Program-made: the position numbers and the translations under genes | The notes under the pieces: model-generated | The model's input: only the letters and a program-made list of their open reading frames with translations | Databases searched by the model: none | What the model was told of the DNA's origin: nothing | NCBI GenBank assembly: GCA_964016885.1 | Contig: OZ024742.1 | Span: 94,116,001-94,180,000 of the forward strand | Direction of reading: 5' to 3' | DNA from: Eledone cirrhosa | Taxonomy: Eukaryota | DNA: 64,000 nt | Shown here: positions 26,640-40,694 of the stretch, piece after piece | How the letters are laid out: each line of letters starts with the position of its first letter | Numbering within the stretch: position 1 is the stretch's first letter

Positions 26640-28262
26640 CATTTACCCTCGGTGCACACAGCTTTGGCCAGGAGTTGTTGATATCATCAGACAGTGTCCA
26701 ATGTTCATTGGGTATTACATGCCTCAACCATGACACACTTTTGTTGGTGGGTCAGCAATGGTGATCAAATTTCTGCCCATCTTCACCTCCTGCTCCAAAG
26801 CCAACATGACTCACTTTCTGTTGCCTCCCCCAACTTGCAAATTGAAACCTTCTTCTCTCTTCTTATGATTCCAATGGCAGTGAGCATTCTCCATACCATG
26901 AATCACCTGCAGCCCACCTCAACTGAAAATAGCCATCCCTACCAGCCTTTCTCCCTGCACTCCTACACAAGTTCCTGATACTTGGCACTCTTGCTCAAAG
27001 GCATTGCTGCACTGTTTTTTCTATGGGAATTTGAGTTCAATTAGGATTATCTTTTTCATTCTTTCAGACCAAAGTACTAGAGGGATGTTTGAATAATCCA
27101 AAGGAACTGCAACCTACCACCATTTGTAGTAAACCTTATGTTATTCTAACTGTTATAGATAGCTTCTCTCTCTTTCACAAACTTTATTAATGGTGTCAGT
27201 TTCCTCAGTGTTCCCTGCATTTCTCTTGGTCCTATGTGTTAGCAAGCACCATGAGCATCCTAACATTGTGCCATGTATATCTCCCTTGGGCAAAAGCTGT
27301 TTTACATTCGGATAAAATGTGTGCTATTGTGACTCTTTTTCCACAGAGCCTACATGATTTATCGACCCTCATACCCCAACTGTGTAGATTTGTTGGGGTC
27401 AGCAATGTACCATACACTAATTGAAACAGAAAGGAGTTTCGGAAAGGTTCTAATTTCCATACATTTGTCCAAGTAATCTTCCTCTTAGGAAGGTTTCATT
27501 TAGTCCCAGATCCCTGGGATGCTAGTTCCACAGCCCCAAATTTTCATCCTTCCTCCTCATGGTGCCACACTTCTTCCTGTATCATGCATGACTCAACACT
27601 TCTTTTGTTAGCTTACCCCATAGAATAGGAACTTCCAATATCTTCTTTTCCCATGCATGTTATTCTGATGATATCCCATAGTTTCAAGATATTTTCTACT
27701 TGTGTAACAGAAGCATCAGCTACCCATCTTCATCCTAATCTTGTGGGGAATACTTGCTGCTCCTACTTGTGCAACCTCTGAGTCTTTAAACATCATCGTC
27801 ATTCACCTTGAATTCCTCCACCACACAGATGACATGGGAAGTTGGAGCTGTCCTGATTTTATGTAGAGGCCAACTTAAGTGTAGCTTGGAGGGATTCCCA
27901 ACTACTGATTGAAGTATTTGTTGATCTTCCTCTGCTGGTTTCTGCAACAAATCACAGATGGAAATCCATTGGCTGAAATTTGCCTGATTCCACCAAAGTA
28001 TCGAATCTGCTGGCATAACCCAGTTGATGCAGATGGTTTTCAACACTTGATTTGGTTGTATAACAGGGGGTCTATCAACTATCTTTTTCATGTTGGCGCT
28101 GTTAATCTCAGTTGCCTGGCTAGTTTTAATCAGTATCTTTAACCCCAAAATTTCCCAATCGGATTCTTGAAAATATGTTCAGCACACAGATTCCATAACA
28201 GCATTTTCTCTGTAAACAGCACATAACTTCTTGCAGGTTTCCACTGCTTTCTTGCCTGACAT
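26640..28262 (-). mobile_element. Decayed HERO-like (R2/NeSL group) LINE 3' fragment
   Basis: Minus-strand pieces LGIPPS..VGLYIKSGQLQLPMSSV, VVEEFKV, TPTNLHSWG...CRLCGKRVTIAHILSECKTAFAQGRYTWHN (CCHC), IELKFP and KYQELV...VEVGCR. Confidence 0.82.
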
Positions 28263-28339
28263 GTATGTGTATATGTATGTGTGAGTGTGTGTATGTAGAT
28301 TGTACACACAACTGTAGTGAATGTTAGACGCTGTTTTCT

Positions 28340-28590
28340 GTAGTTTGTCATCACCCCTTCCTCGGTCATCTCTAGTGTGTGACATTATTGCCCCTTCCTT
28401 CATCAGTCATCTCTAGTGTATGACGTCATCACCACTTCCTTCCTCAATCATCTCTAGTGTGTGACGTCATCACCCCTTCCTTCCTTAATCATAGCTAGTG
28501 CATGACGTCATCACCCCTTCCTTCCTCAGTCATCTCTGTGTGACGGAAGGATGGATGGATGGAATTCACTTGAATTTATATATAGATAAT
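28340..28590. repeat. About 43-bp tandem repeat (about 5 units) plus (GGAT)n; possibly the 5' end of a non-autonomous Helitron-like element on minus
   Basis: Unit 'catctctagtgtgtgacgtcatcaccccttccttcctcagt'. The minus-strand start 'tctatatataaa' followed by a tetranucleotide repeat resembles Helitron 5' ends; no 3' CTAG hairpin was found. Confidence 0.7.
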
Positions 28591-28680
28591 GAAGTATGAG
28601 GTAATGTTCACTTTTGGTACTCCATTTTCAGTGTGATCCTAAACCCACAAAATACAACTTCGTCTCTTCACAAGTTTGTT

Positions 28681-29872
28681 TTGAATTACATAGAAGTGTC
28701 AAGTATCTAAGGAGTGCTTGAAGTTTAGTGTTGACAAAAACCAAATAAACATTTTAGCCAACCCAATATATATATGTATTATTCAAGTTAAAAGAATGAC
28801 ACAAAATTTCATTAGTTTTCCAATATAAAAGTGGAAAAGGATGTTTCAAAGTATCAGACATTAGTCCTTCACCAGGAAAAACACAAATTACAGAAATATA
28901 ATAGTTTGGGAGATTATAGTAGGCATTGGTCATCATCACCGTTTTACATCCATTTTTCCACACAAGCATGGGTTAGACAAGTTGTCCTGTTGTGGGCAAT
29001 GCCAGGTCAGGTGACCATGTCTTGCTCATACAGAACTGATTTTGGCTTGGTTTCTACAGCTGGATCCCCTTCCTAATGCCAACCTCATTTACAGTGAGTA
29101 CTGAGTGCTTTTTGTTATGATGCCCAGACAACTACTTTACAGTGTGGGCTAGGGGCTTCACTGGATGTATACTTTGGCCTGTCCTCATGGGAGATGTATG
29201 GGAAGGTGGGGTGGTATACATATATATATAATGTGTCCATATGTGTTCATCATCATTAACATCATCATTCAATGCCTATTTTTCAATGCTAGTATGGGTT
29301 AGACAAGTTGTCCCATTTGAGGCAAATCAGTTCAAGTGACCGAGTCTTCTGCATACAAAACTATTTCTGGCTTGGTTTCTATGGCTGGATGCCATTCTTA
29401 ATGTCAACCACATTTACAGTGTGAACTGAGTGCTCTCTATCATGACACCAAAACGATCTCTTTATAGTGTGGGCTTGGTGCTTTTTCTCATGACACTAAC
29501 ACTATCATTTTACAATATATATAAGAAAATCCGTGGAGGAAAAAACACAGGAAAATAATACAATAAAATGATAACATATCTAATTTGAATGTTTGATATA
29601 GTAAGAAAAGTTTTATAACGTTTTGGAAGATAATTAGTCACTGGAAAATAAGATAAGAATGGGAAGAGAGGGAAATATGACATCACCCCTTCCTTTGAAT
29701 TACATAGAAGTGTCAAGTATCTAAGGAGTGCTTGAAGTTTAGTGTTGACAAAAACCAAATAGACATTTTAGCCAACCCAATATATATAGGTATTATTCAA
29801 GTTAAAAGAATGACACAAAATTTCATTAGTTTTCCACTATAAAAGTGGAAAAGAATGTTTCAAAGTATCAGA
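28681..29872 (+). repeat. About 180-bp direct duplication (28681-28859 and 29695-29872)
   Basis: 'ttgaattacatagaagtgtc...tttcaaagtatcagac' occurs twice with few differences. Confidence 0.92.
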
Positions 29873-29919
29873 CGATGAAGAAATACAACATTAAAAAAAA
29901 TGTTAGGGTTAGGTTTATA

Positions 29920-30286
29920 TATTTTAAAAAAAGTAAAGAATGACTTCACTTGTAGTTCTAAACAATTTGATTTAATTTTATAATAATATGATTTGGTAGA
30001 TCTAGTAAGTTTTTTGTTAACTTCGGTGGGAAGATTTTTCAAGATTCTGGTTAACTTTCCTGGAGAACTTTCTCTCATTCGTCAGTGGCGATTGTCAAAC
30101 TGAGATCAGATTGACAATCGCCACCAACGAATGCGAGAAAGTTCTCCAGGAAAGTTAACCAGGAATCTTGAAAACTCTTCCCACCGAAGTTAACAAAAAC
30201 TTACTAGATCTACCAAATCATAATATAAAATGAAATCAAATTGTTTAGAACTACAAGTGAAGTCATTTGTTTCCTTTTTTAAATAT
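29920..30286. repeat. About 370-bp imperfect palindrome
   Basis: Arms mirror around a 2-nt centre near 30104-30105 (gattgtcaa-a-ctga-ga-tcag-a-ttgacaatc). Confidence 0.93.
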
Positions 30287-30317
30287 TCTTAACTGTACCA
30301 AGGACTTCACACATTTC

Positions 30318-30348
<31 letters not shown>

Positions 30349-30349
30349 C

Positions 30350-31210
30350 AAAAAGTTCAGAGAGCTTATACCACTATTAGCCGCTAAAGGGTTCTCCCTG
30401 AAAATGAAAGGCAGGTTGTATGATGCCTGCATACGAACAGCAATGTTGCATGGCAGTGAAACCTGGGCATTGTGTGCAGAGGATATACTTGCATGCTCCG
30501 CTGGATGTGTAATAGTAATATACGTGAACGGCAAAGCATAAACGAACTAAGGAAAAAATTAGAAATAAGAGGGATCAGATGTTGTTTACTCAAGAGAAGG
30601 CTACGTTGGTATGGACACGTGATGCGCATGAAAGTCGATAGCTGTATAAAAAAGTGCAGGGCAATAAAGATAGACGGTAGCCACGGAATAGGCAGACCTA
30701 GAAAAACCTGGGACGAGCTGATAAACTCCGACCTCACACACTTACACCTCTCCAAGACAATGTCACTGGACCGAGACCTTTGGCGGTACTCAGTAATAGA
30801 GAAGACCCGCCTTACCTAAATACATAGTAAAACCTACTACAGTCAGTAGGCATCTCTAACAAAATACACCCCCGTCCGACCACCCCTACCCCATCCACAC
30901 CACCCCCTTCTATGTAAAGTTATGTTGGTGCCACACCATCCAGGCCGAAACAAATGAGATCGTGTAGGTGTCACGACAAAAAAACACACAGTCCACGCTG
31001 TAATCTGGCCGTGGAGGCAACACGGTAAAAATCTCCCAGACCCACACTGTAAATGTGGTTGGTGTTAGGAAGGGCATCCAACTGTAGAAAACCTGCCAGA
31101 CAGTCCTATGCGAGCAAGACAATCACTCTTGCCTCAAGTGGGAAAACCCCCGTCCAAACCCATGCAAGCGTGGAACACGGACGTTAAACGTTGATGATGA
31201 TGATGATGAT
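30350..31210 (+). mobile_element. 5'-truncated RTE LINE: ORF C-terminus, 3'UTR and (GAT)n tail
   Basis: KGRLYDACIRTAMLHGSETWAL...MLRWMCN...RRLRWYGHVMRM...GRPRKTW; stop at 30819 and tail at about 31192-31210. Confidence 0.92.
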
Positions 31211-31288
31211 ATATATATATGTGTGTGTGTATCCATATATGGTTGATGAGTGAGAGGAAAGAGTACTCAATACCGAAGTAGACTTTTA

Positions 31289-31413
31289 ATATTCATTTTA
31301 TCAAGGCTTATTAGTGAATCTTGTTACTCTGGAGTTTCTCCTGTTTATCTTGTTTGATTACCCTGTGATAAACAGTAACAAGACTCACTAATCAGCCTTA
31401 ATAAAATGAATAT
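31289..31413. repeat. Short inverted repeat (arms about 40 bp)
   Basis: atattcattttatcaaggcttattagtgaatcttgttact versus agtaacaagactcactaatcagccttaataaaatgaatat. Confidence 0.85.
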
Positions 31414-32999
31414 ATATATATACATATATATATATATTTTAATTCTGTTGTAAAAGAATTGATGCATAAAATTTAATTCTTATGATAATTTTGAGTTTCC
31501 AACCAATATATATATCAATGATGGAATTATTTATTTTCTCTGTAATAAATTAGATATATTTCTATTATGTAAAAATATATTATTTCTTATTGCAATAAAA
31601 AAGTATCTTTATATTTATTAGTTAGTATATTGTCTGTGTTAGATATTTGTTTACTAAATTACTTTCATATGTAAGATCTTCAGCTGTGTTTACTGATAAG
31701 TCTAGGAGATTCTTTTTGTTGTTACTTCACTCTTTATCTAGTGCTGTTTTAATACATGGGCATGATGGGTAGCTGCCAGAGAGCTCACCATATCTAGGGT
31801 TCCAATGCGGCGATTGTCAATCTAAGGGCACTTGTGAATTGCTTCACCTGGAGGCTTATAAGTGTGTTAAACCAGCCTTGCTGAAGTAAGCCCATTAAAC
31901 TTGTTATCAATTGTATTCTCACTATGACCATCTTATTTCAATCATAGTGTATCTATGAGTACATTATACAAGTTGATATATGTTTAAATAGTTGGCTGGA
32001 TATTTAGTGACTGCACAGAAGCTGTCTCATTAGTGGTAGGGTGGATGTAGATAGGGTTGATGATCATTGTGTTGTTGTGTTGTTCATATGCTGCATGTCA
32101 ATTCTGATTCAGCTGGCATATATTAAAAGCCGTTCCTATCATGACTATCCAATTTGTTTTTAAGACATTGTATCTAAGTCTACATTATCTTACATACCTT
32201 TTATATTTTTCAAAAGGGTAATGGTTTAATTTCATGGAGTTTTCGCAGCTATTTCTCACAGGTTCATCAACTACCTACAGGTTTCCACTTTTCCTCAAGT
32301 TGCTTTATTATAACTATTATGACAGTTTTTACATAGTCTTATGGAGATTCTGCACTATGATATGATAGTTTTCCTTCAGTCATATCTGATGTGCAAGCCT
32401 GGGCAAAGTTTTGTGGAAGGCTAACTCTCACCCATGCATGCAACTCTCCCTTTACAATGCTGCTGATATTGTGCAAAGGAAGGCAAAGGTTGTTATAGGT
32501 TGGCACAATAATGCCTTAGCTAAACTCAGAATGCATACAGCTAAAGAGAATACCACAAGGCATCAAGTCTAACTCTAGTAATTCTAACACTCTACCATCT
32601 TAGACTGGTGCTTTATTTATTGATATGAAACTATGCAAGACAAGGTTGACCTCAACAAAATTTGAACACAAGACTTAGAGTGTTAGACCAAATGTTGGAA
32701 AGCATTTAAACCCTTTTCTTACTCTATTTAATTAGAAACACACTTCCTATGTGTATGAATTAATTTTGAAAATTTGAAGAATTTAATGAATGAACCTTTT
32801 TAATAGTAAACTGATGTTTGAAACATTTCTTAATAAAAAATACTTTAAACAAATTTAATGTGTGAACATTTTAAACTGAACAATTGTGTATCGTAAATCC
32901 AGGATCCATGGTAGTTACAGGTGGAGTCACATCAGAATGGTTAATCATTTACACAAGGCATATAAGAGGCAGTTTTAGAGAGTATATTAGTCCAATGCA

Positions 33000-33440
33000 T
33001 GGAGAGCCAAGAAAAGGTCCCTAAATACCAACACATACCTCTCATTATATTAAGAAATGTCTTAGACCCCTAGTATGATGCTCTTCCTCTCATTATATCA
33101 GTGTCTGAAAGCCATCTTAATCAACCCTGTAAAGATTTTTCAGGTACAGTGATGAGGTTATTCTGAATCACATGCTACATGTCAGAACTCTGTAAATATT
33201 AGAGTTAGCAACTTCATTTTGAACAAGTTCAGTTTGAAACAAAACACTGTCAAATACTGGGACTTAACCAATTGCTTCCTCTTTGCACTAGTCTCCGTCA
33301 AGACCTCTGACATCCTTAGTCCCCATGATGCTGATTTCCTCTGTAGAATTGGAATGATGGTAGCATACTTGAGGTGGGAGCCCCATGAGGTAGGGTGGCT
33401 GCTGCAGTGGATGTCTCTAGCCATTCTCCGTGGAGCACGG
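33000..33440 (+). mobile_element. Decayed CRE-like LINE 3' fragment
   Basis: VKYWDLTNCFLFALVSVKTS...FLCRIG...EPHEVGWLLQWMSLAILRG matches the CRE RLE C-terminal pattern. Confidence 0.65.
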
Positions 33441-33689
33441 CTGCAGCCCCAATCTGACTTTTCCTCCCCCTCTCCATTTCTTTTGTGCTTGATTGTTCTT
33501 TCACTTCCTCCCCTTCGTTTTCTTATTTCTTCTTACTTTTTCTCTTCCCTTTAGTAGTGTGTTTTGTTTTTATTAGATACTGCTCAATTATTTTTATATA
33601 ATAATCAATGACCTTTCATGACATTGTGAGATTTTGTATATTGAATAAACTGTATAGCAAACACTGATGACATTGTTGAATGGCTACAA

Positions 33690-33836
33690 GGATGTTGATG
33701 ATGATGGTGACAATGAGGATGAGGACGATGGGGTGATGATAGTGACAGTGGTGATAATATTAATGGGGACAAAGATGATGAAGGTGATGATGATGATGGT
33801 TATGATGATGATGACAATGATGATAATGATGATTAT
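33690..33836. repeat. Degenerate (GAT)n microsatellite
   Basis: Direct inspection. Confidence 0.9.
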
Positions 33837-36800
33837 GTCACAGTCGTTGTTATCCTCTCTGAAAAACAGCCAAGTTCTGTAGTAAGAGAACAACTATAAG
33901 ACACCATCAATTACATAAAAATCTTTGATATATCCATGATATACCAGAACTACTAAGAACTCACACTGTTATTTGCTCTTAACATTATTCCCAAAGATAT
34001 CCATTAACAAGTGTGTATGTCTATTAGTAAATAAGATAACTAGAATTGAATTTTATATTTTGTGGTATCTTCAGTCTCCTGCATCTTTGAGGTTTCAGTT
34101 ATTATCTAAATTTCATCTTCTATCCTTGTCTCATTTGTATCTGTTTTTTCATTGGTTCAACTAGTATACTGTTGTGATGCTGCAACACCACCATGAAGGA
34201 ATTTAAATCATTAGACTATTGCCATGCTGGGGTAATGCCTTCAAAATATTTAAGTCATGTGTGAGAGAGAGAAGGGGGAGAGAAAGAGAGAGGGGAGAAG
34301 AAGAGGGAGGGGAAAATAGGGAGAGGGAAATAGGGAGGGGGAGGGGAGAGAAAAATAAAGAGAGAGAAAGTTTTTTTTTATTCTACAGGGATAGAAATAT
34401 ACATAAAAGAAGAAATGTTATTAAATGTAAATGATGTAACAGAAACTTTATCTGGCAAACAAAACTTATCTTCAGAAACAAACTGACTATTCATCGTCAA
34501 TGACTATGAGTCCCCAACACTTAACAGATTCTACTGAATGGGCATTTAGACAAATGTATGACAAATATGTCCACTGAATTCCATGTCTTCCCACTTTACC
34601 TTTGTTCAGACAATACTACAGATCAGACATGAATAAATAGAAAAAATATATTTATACAAACCACGACTAAATAAACTTTATCAAGATTTATTCACAAACA
34701 ACTATTATTATAGTACAAACAATTCACGTTCATGTTCATTCTACCATTTCACATGTATTTACACAGCTGACTGCCTTAAATTTAATTGTAAAAATGATTA
34801 CTTTCTTTCATATGATACTAATGCATGGACATAATGGAGAACAAAATCTTATGCATTCATACATACATAGAAATCTTTTTTAATCTTTCATACATGTTGA
34901 ATTTACAGAACTTTGATTTTGGGGGGATTCGCACTACCCACATTCCCTGTACCATGACAACCAATCAAATTGTATCTTAAACAGCTAGCAATTTTAGCCA
35001 TGTTATCTCATCAAAAGGAAATAAATTTTTAACACCAATTCTAGGCAAGACAGTTACTGCATAGCACCATGTTTTCCTGTCTCACTTAAGTTTTGAAAGT
35101 CATGAAATTGTGAAACTAGTTGTTTAATGGCTCCAAGTGTATTTTCAACTTCTTTTATTTTAGCATCTGTTTTGCCTAAGAACGCTTGCCTATAATATGT
35201 CTGTTATTTACATAAGAAATCTAGCTTACTTATCTGCTGTAAAACTTCAGTAGTTTGTTAAGTATAAATGTACATTTCACCAATACTAATTCTCTATGAC
35301 ATGTAGTAAGGCAGTACATATTTTTCAAATAAGTTTTATAACTTTTTGTGAAGATACAGGTTCATGAAGATTTCGTCAGTTTGTGTGTTTTGATAACACT
35401 GAATATATAAGCTGGCGAAAATTACTGAAACACCATTGTCAGTTTAGAAACTTTGGTTTAATATAAGATTGTTGTACAGGTATGGTGCCACATACTTTAC
35501 AGCTCTCTACAAAGAAACAGCAAGAACATTTTCCAATAACCAATACTTCCTTAGAAATAATATAATCAAGTGAGAGTAATAAAAAGCAATCTCGATCTCA
35601 AGCGAAAACTAGTAAAACTAGTCCGGCTATTAAAAGATACTTACTGGCATCAATAAACAGAAAATAGTAAAGTTGTATACCAGAATTATAAGTGTTTAGA
35701 AATAGTTATATTTTGATGACTTATAAAACTAAGCTAAACAAAATATTACAACACCAGGTTATATAGTCGTAGAGATAAGCTATATTACAGTTCCAGTAAC
35801 AAATATTTACCTGCCAAACACAACTGTTGTAATATGATTGGAAATATTTTACATCTTGGAGCCAACCAGATTGTCAGGGTTGATTGGAAGAAGTCCAATA
35901 ATTTTATCCTCTGCTTTTTGAATAGAACTGGTAGATGCCTCATATGCAACACCATTGTATAGGGTGTACAGTGTGCATTTTATCATGGCACCAGCACTAG
36001 AGAGGTTGTCATATATTGGCAACTGAAGAGTCTTCTCAAACCCTATATTGTGACCTGTTTGTTCTATCTCATATCCAATATGCTGCAGAAGGGGTGGAGG
36101 ACATTCCTTCTATAACAAAAGAGAATAATTTTTTAAATACTGTGATTTATTAGTAAACTGTATTTTTCCACCTCTGGCATTTGAGACAAGCAAGGAAGCT
36201 GAATTGTTAACAATGAGATTCTTGTAATCATTGTGGCTCGCCTTACTAAAGTATCAGGGGATTTTTATGTGGCTACATAGCTATTGCAATATATTAGTCT
36301 CACTATCACCTACGGCAATGCTATGAATGTTTTGACATAAACCAAAGATATTTAGAGGGAAACAATAGTGTCCTCTATTGTAGCATGTAGTTGTGTATAC
36401 ACATAATCTCTTATTGTCATTTGTAACTCAAATTTATTATATGAACTATGTTTTTTGACGAATTACCATAGGTGTTAACATAGGTGTTAGTTGTTGTGTA
36501 GTTCAATGTATCATATGCGATGATGAGTGAAGCAAGTGGTGGAAAATGATATCCAAAAAAGCATTAGAATTCAGGTGGATAAGACCAACAATGAGACAAA
36601 CTACAAATTACCTAATTACTTTAGCCACGGTGTTCAACGAAGCCATATTACATTATATTATTTTACAGCAAAGCCATATTATATTATATTATATATCAAA
36701 CGAATATAATTATAAAAATGAAAACAATATTTTGTTGGCTGTATTTATGTGTTTATTATGTTGGAATTGTAAGTAAGTGAATATCAAGATGAAGCTTTAC

Positions 36801-38799
36801 CAACTTGTAGCAGAAGGCCTGCCTGTTGCAATGCCTCACTGATCAGCACTGCCACCATAGCCAAATAAGGAGAAGAAGAAAGTGAGGAAGTGAGAAAGAT
36901 TGAAAGTGTATGGTGTCTTAAACACCTACCGGTGTCATTATAACTGTTTTCACCAATGATGCTATAGCTATTTTAGTCTGCATTGTCATAGCAGCAGCTT
37001 TAGCCCAGGGATAATTTTGCTACACATCATGACATTAATTATATATAGTCATAGGGATAAGATATATTCTAGTTCCAGTCATACATATTTGTCTGCTAAA
37101 TTTAATACCTGTAGCAATATGATTAGAACTGTGTTATGCACATATTAATGCATGTGTGGCATGTCTAGCATCTTTAGTGTAGAAATACAACACACAATCC
37201 CTTTAATTTTACATCAGCCCTACTAAGTGTCAACTCTGCAATGGAAATAAAATATAAATTACAATTAGATAGGACCCTTTGGCCCTGTCAAGTACTTTGA
37301 CAATCTCTCTACTGCTGGTGTCACAATAAAATGCATCCAGTACACTCTGTATAGTGGTTGGCAATCAAACAAAGACAATATAGGAGAGGATTCTTTTGTG
37401 TTGCTGGGTACATGACATCTCTAGTGCTGTACCACAGCAAAAATACACTAGTATACTCTGTAAAATGGTTAGTGTTAGAAAAAGCATCCAGTCATTGAAA
37501 CTATACCACATATGGAAGATATGTCTTTCCAATTCATCTAGTGTTGGATCATGATGACCCATCCAAACCATTCCAGCAAGGTGCCAGTGATAAAACACTG
37601 TAACAGATGTTAATTTTAAAACAAGAAGGTCAGAAAACCAGTGTTCAACATTTGTTAAAACAACCTACCAAGGTAAAATAAAGATAGACCTTTATTTCCA
37701 ATTGAATGTGCAAACAAGCACATTTTTATATATTCTAGTTTTAGAATAGATGCACTGATCTCTGCATATCGTAAGAGATGACTAAAGTTGACAACAGGAA
37801 AGGCATTTGGTTATGAACCACTGCCTTAAAAGGTCCCATCCAACCCATTCTAGCATACAATAGTAGATGTAAAAAATATGATTATGTAAATATTTAATAT
37901 AAAACAGTAGCGAAATCTCGAAAACTAAAAGATGTTTTTAATAAAGTGATTCTAGATGCACTATGCTTGAAATTCAGTTGTGTGTGGGGGAGAGAACATT
38001 GATGACTGAAATGCTCTTGATCCTAGGTCTGCTTAACTATAGCTGACCTGTGGCTAAGCAGCAATTACATAGAATAAATACTGCATTTTTATACAGAGGA
38101 ATAATGTTCTCTTACCCACAGCATACCAATTGGTAGACCATCCAAGAACCCTTGGATCTTTCTCGAATACAAGTCAAACACCAAAGTCTTCAGTTTAACC
38201 TATATATCAACTTTTAGTGATATATTAATTTCTCGAATAGACACATGGTGTCACATTCCTTTTGAAAGGAGGGTATAGTTGATTAAATCAACTTTTTGAC
38301 TTGACTACTATTTAATTTTATTGACATCCAGAGGTGAATTGACAGAGTTGTTATGACAACATATTAAATTATTTGATATTTGCTCTGGCTTACTATGATC
38401 TGAGTTCAAATCCTCCAGTGGTCAACTGTGCCTTTCTTTCTTTTGGGGATGATAAATAAAGTACCAGTTCAGTGACTGTGGATTGTCAACATTTTCAAAA
38501 CTTCTGTGCTGTCTAGTATCTGATCTGGCTCTGCATTCTGGCTTCAAATCTGGCTTCATTCTGCCAGGAGTTTCAATCAGCAGGAGTCAAAACTAACATG
38601 AATTAGATGTGCTGAAGCACATCTTTTCAAGGAAACAATGAAACAAAATGATAATGATGATTCCAGCAAAATTTAAACCCAGAATGTAAAAGGCCATAAC
38701 AAAATACTACAAGGCATTTTGTTTGAAACTTTAATGATTTTTTGCTAATCCACTACAATAATTTTTACTAATCCGAGCTTCAATTAACTGAGGGAGAAA

Positions 38800-39095
38800 C
38801 TTTATTTCAGAAGAATCTGAATTGGTGCGAAAGTGAAAAAACTGCATTGGTATGATTGCTGGGTGAAGAAGGCCCAGGGAATCTCAATGGTAGGAATCTA
38901 GAGTAGAGGTAGACCAAGGAAGACCTGGGCAGAGGTGGTGAAGACTGATCTCAAATTGCTGAGATTCACAGAGGAGATGATGAATGAACGTGATGAGTGG
39001 AGAAATGCTGTGCTGAGAAGGACCCATCCAATCCATGCAAGCATGGGAGATCGGACGTAAAAAGGATGTGTATGATGGTGATGATGATGATGATA
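38800..39095 (+). mobile_element. Decayed RTE LINE 3' end
   Basis: RGRPRKTWAEVVKTDL...WRNAV followed by a 3'UTR end 'ccatgcaagcatgg...gacgtaa' and (GAT)n. Confidence 0.75.
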
Positions 39096-40694
39096 TTAAA
39101 AAGAGGTGATTGGGCAAAGTTGTTAGAGCATTGGATTAAAAAAGTTTTTTTTTTTTTTTTTGGATATTTGCTTCAATTCTCTGCACACTGAATTCAAATC
39201 GTTCTACATTCACTTTTGCTATTATCCTTTTGGGGGTTCATAAATAAAGTAGCAGTCCAGAGGGTCGATTCTGTAACTGTCAAAGCATCAAAGATGAGGC
39301 TTTGTAGTAGCTATTCCCTTTGATACTTTATTTTCTGAGTTCACTTGCAAGATCACTGCATTGGATTTTTTCTTTACCTTGGACAAAATTAGTGGCATGT
39401 CGAGGGAAGACTTACATGCAGGAGGGATTGCTGGTCCTTCACAAATCACCTTGCTAAGGCTTTCATTTTTGTGAGGAATTTTTCCAGTACAAACTCATTG
39501 ATATCCCAGACTAAAGGAACCTTATATTTGAAAACAAAAACAAAATAGTACATGTTTAATGAAACATATTTTCCATTTTAGCAGAGTCATATTAACTATA
39601 AATTAGTTATATGAACTATCCTTATTAGTATGGGCTGCAGGATTATGGTGAACCAAGTATTGAACTGAGGTTCAAACATCAGTTTTATCTATTTCACTTA
39701 TTTTGTAAACAACCTTCAGAAAATTTATGACCATCCCATTACCCATTCTTCCCTTCTTATCTTTTTTCTTCTCTGAAGTCTCAAAGTCTGATACATATAA
39801 TATAGATATCTTCTAACACAGTTTATCACAACTCAGATGTCATAAATTCCCTGTAGTTATTTCAATAGAGTGTGATATGAATAAATATTGTCCTTTCTCT
39901 ATTGTTATCCATTCCTGTATTCTTATCTAAACTAAATGATATCAAAATCCTTTGTCATGCCCCTTAGATCTGTTTCATTGTACTATCTTCCATTGTGTAT
40001 GTATGTGTGTATGTGTATGTATTTATGATAGAATGTGTTTATGTGTGTATGTGTGTCCATATATATATAAGATGGGGAGAACATTAATGTTATATGACTA
40101 TGGGTAAGTGATTTTTAGATAAAGAGAAAATATATGTATTTACATATTTATTTTCTAATTTATTTAGCTTTTCTAAAGACTTTGTTCTTTTTATTACAGT
40201 ATTACAGTACTGGCCATACTACAGCACCATATTTTTGTATATTTTGCTCACCCCTTCCTCCTCCAACATAGATTACCATCATGAAACGATCTCCATAACT
40301 TTCATAAATACCATTAAAGAGATATAAGACTGTTAATGACAGCAACATAAAAATACCATCTAAATGCCAAAAAACAATATTGCCATAAAAATTTTATTAA
40401 GAAGGGACACACAAATATCAGAACGGGTATGTGCTGGACAGACATCAGTTCCAATGATGAATGTTCCAGTTTTTAAAAAAAACAGAACAGCCTGCTAGTA
40501 AAATTAATGTGAAAGTGACTGAACATTCTACACCTTAATATAGTTTCCAAAGATATTCAGCATGACTCTGTATGTGACATGGCTGACTTTTTGACTTATG
40601 GGTACTACTCATTTTTTTCCAGCAGTGTGCACTGGCACAATGTGAATTAAAGTGACTTGCTCAAGGACACAAAATGCTGAGAGAAATCAAATTT

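Noticed and set aside
28340-28545. CRISPR-like appearance of 43-bp repeats
   Set aside because: The units are contiguous with no unique spacers, the context is eukaryotic, and there are no cas genes.
35755-37130. Weak similarity of about 85 bp between about 35760-35845 and 37043-37130
   Set aside because: Too diverged to define an element, with no termini or coding remnant.
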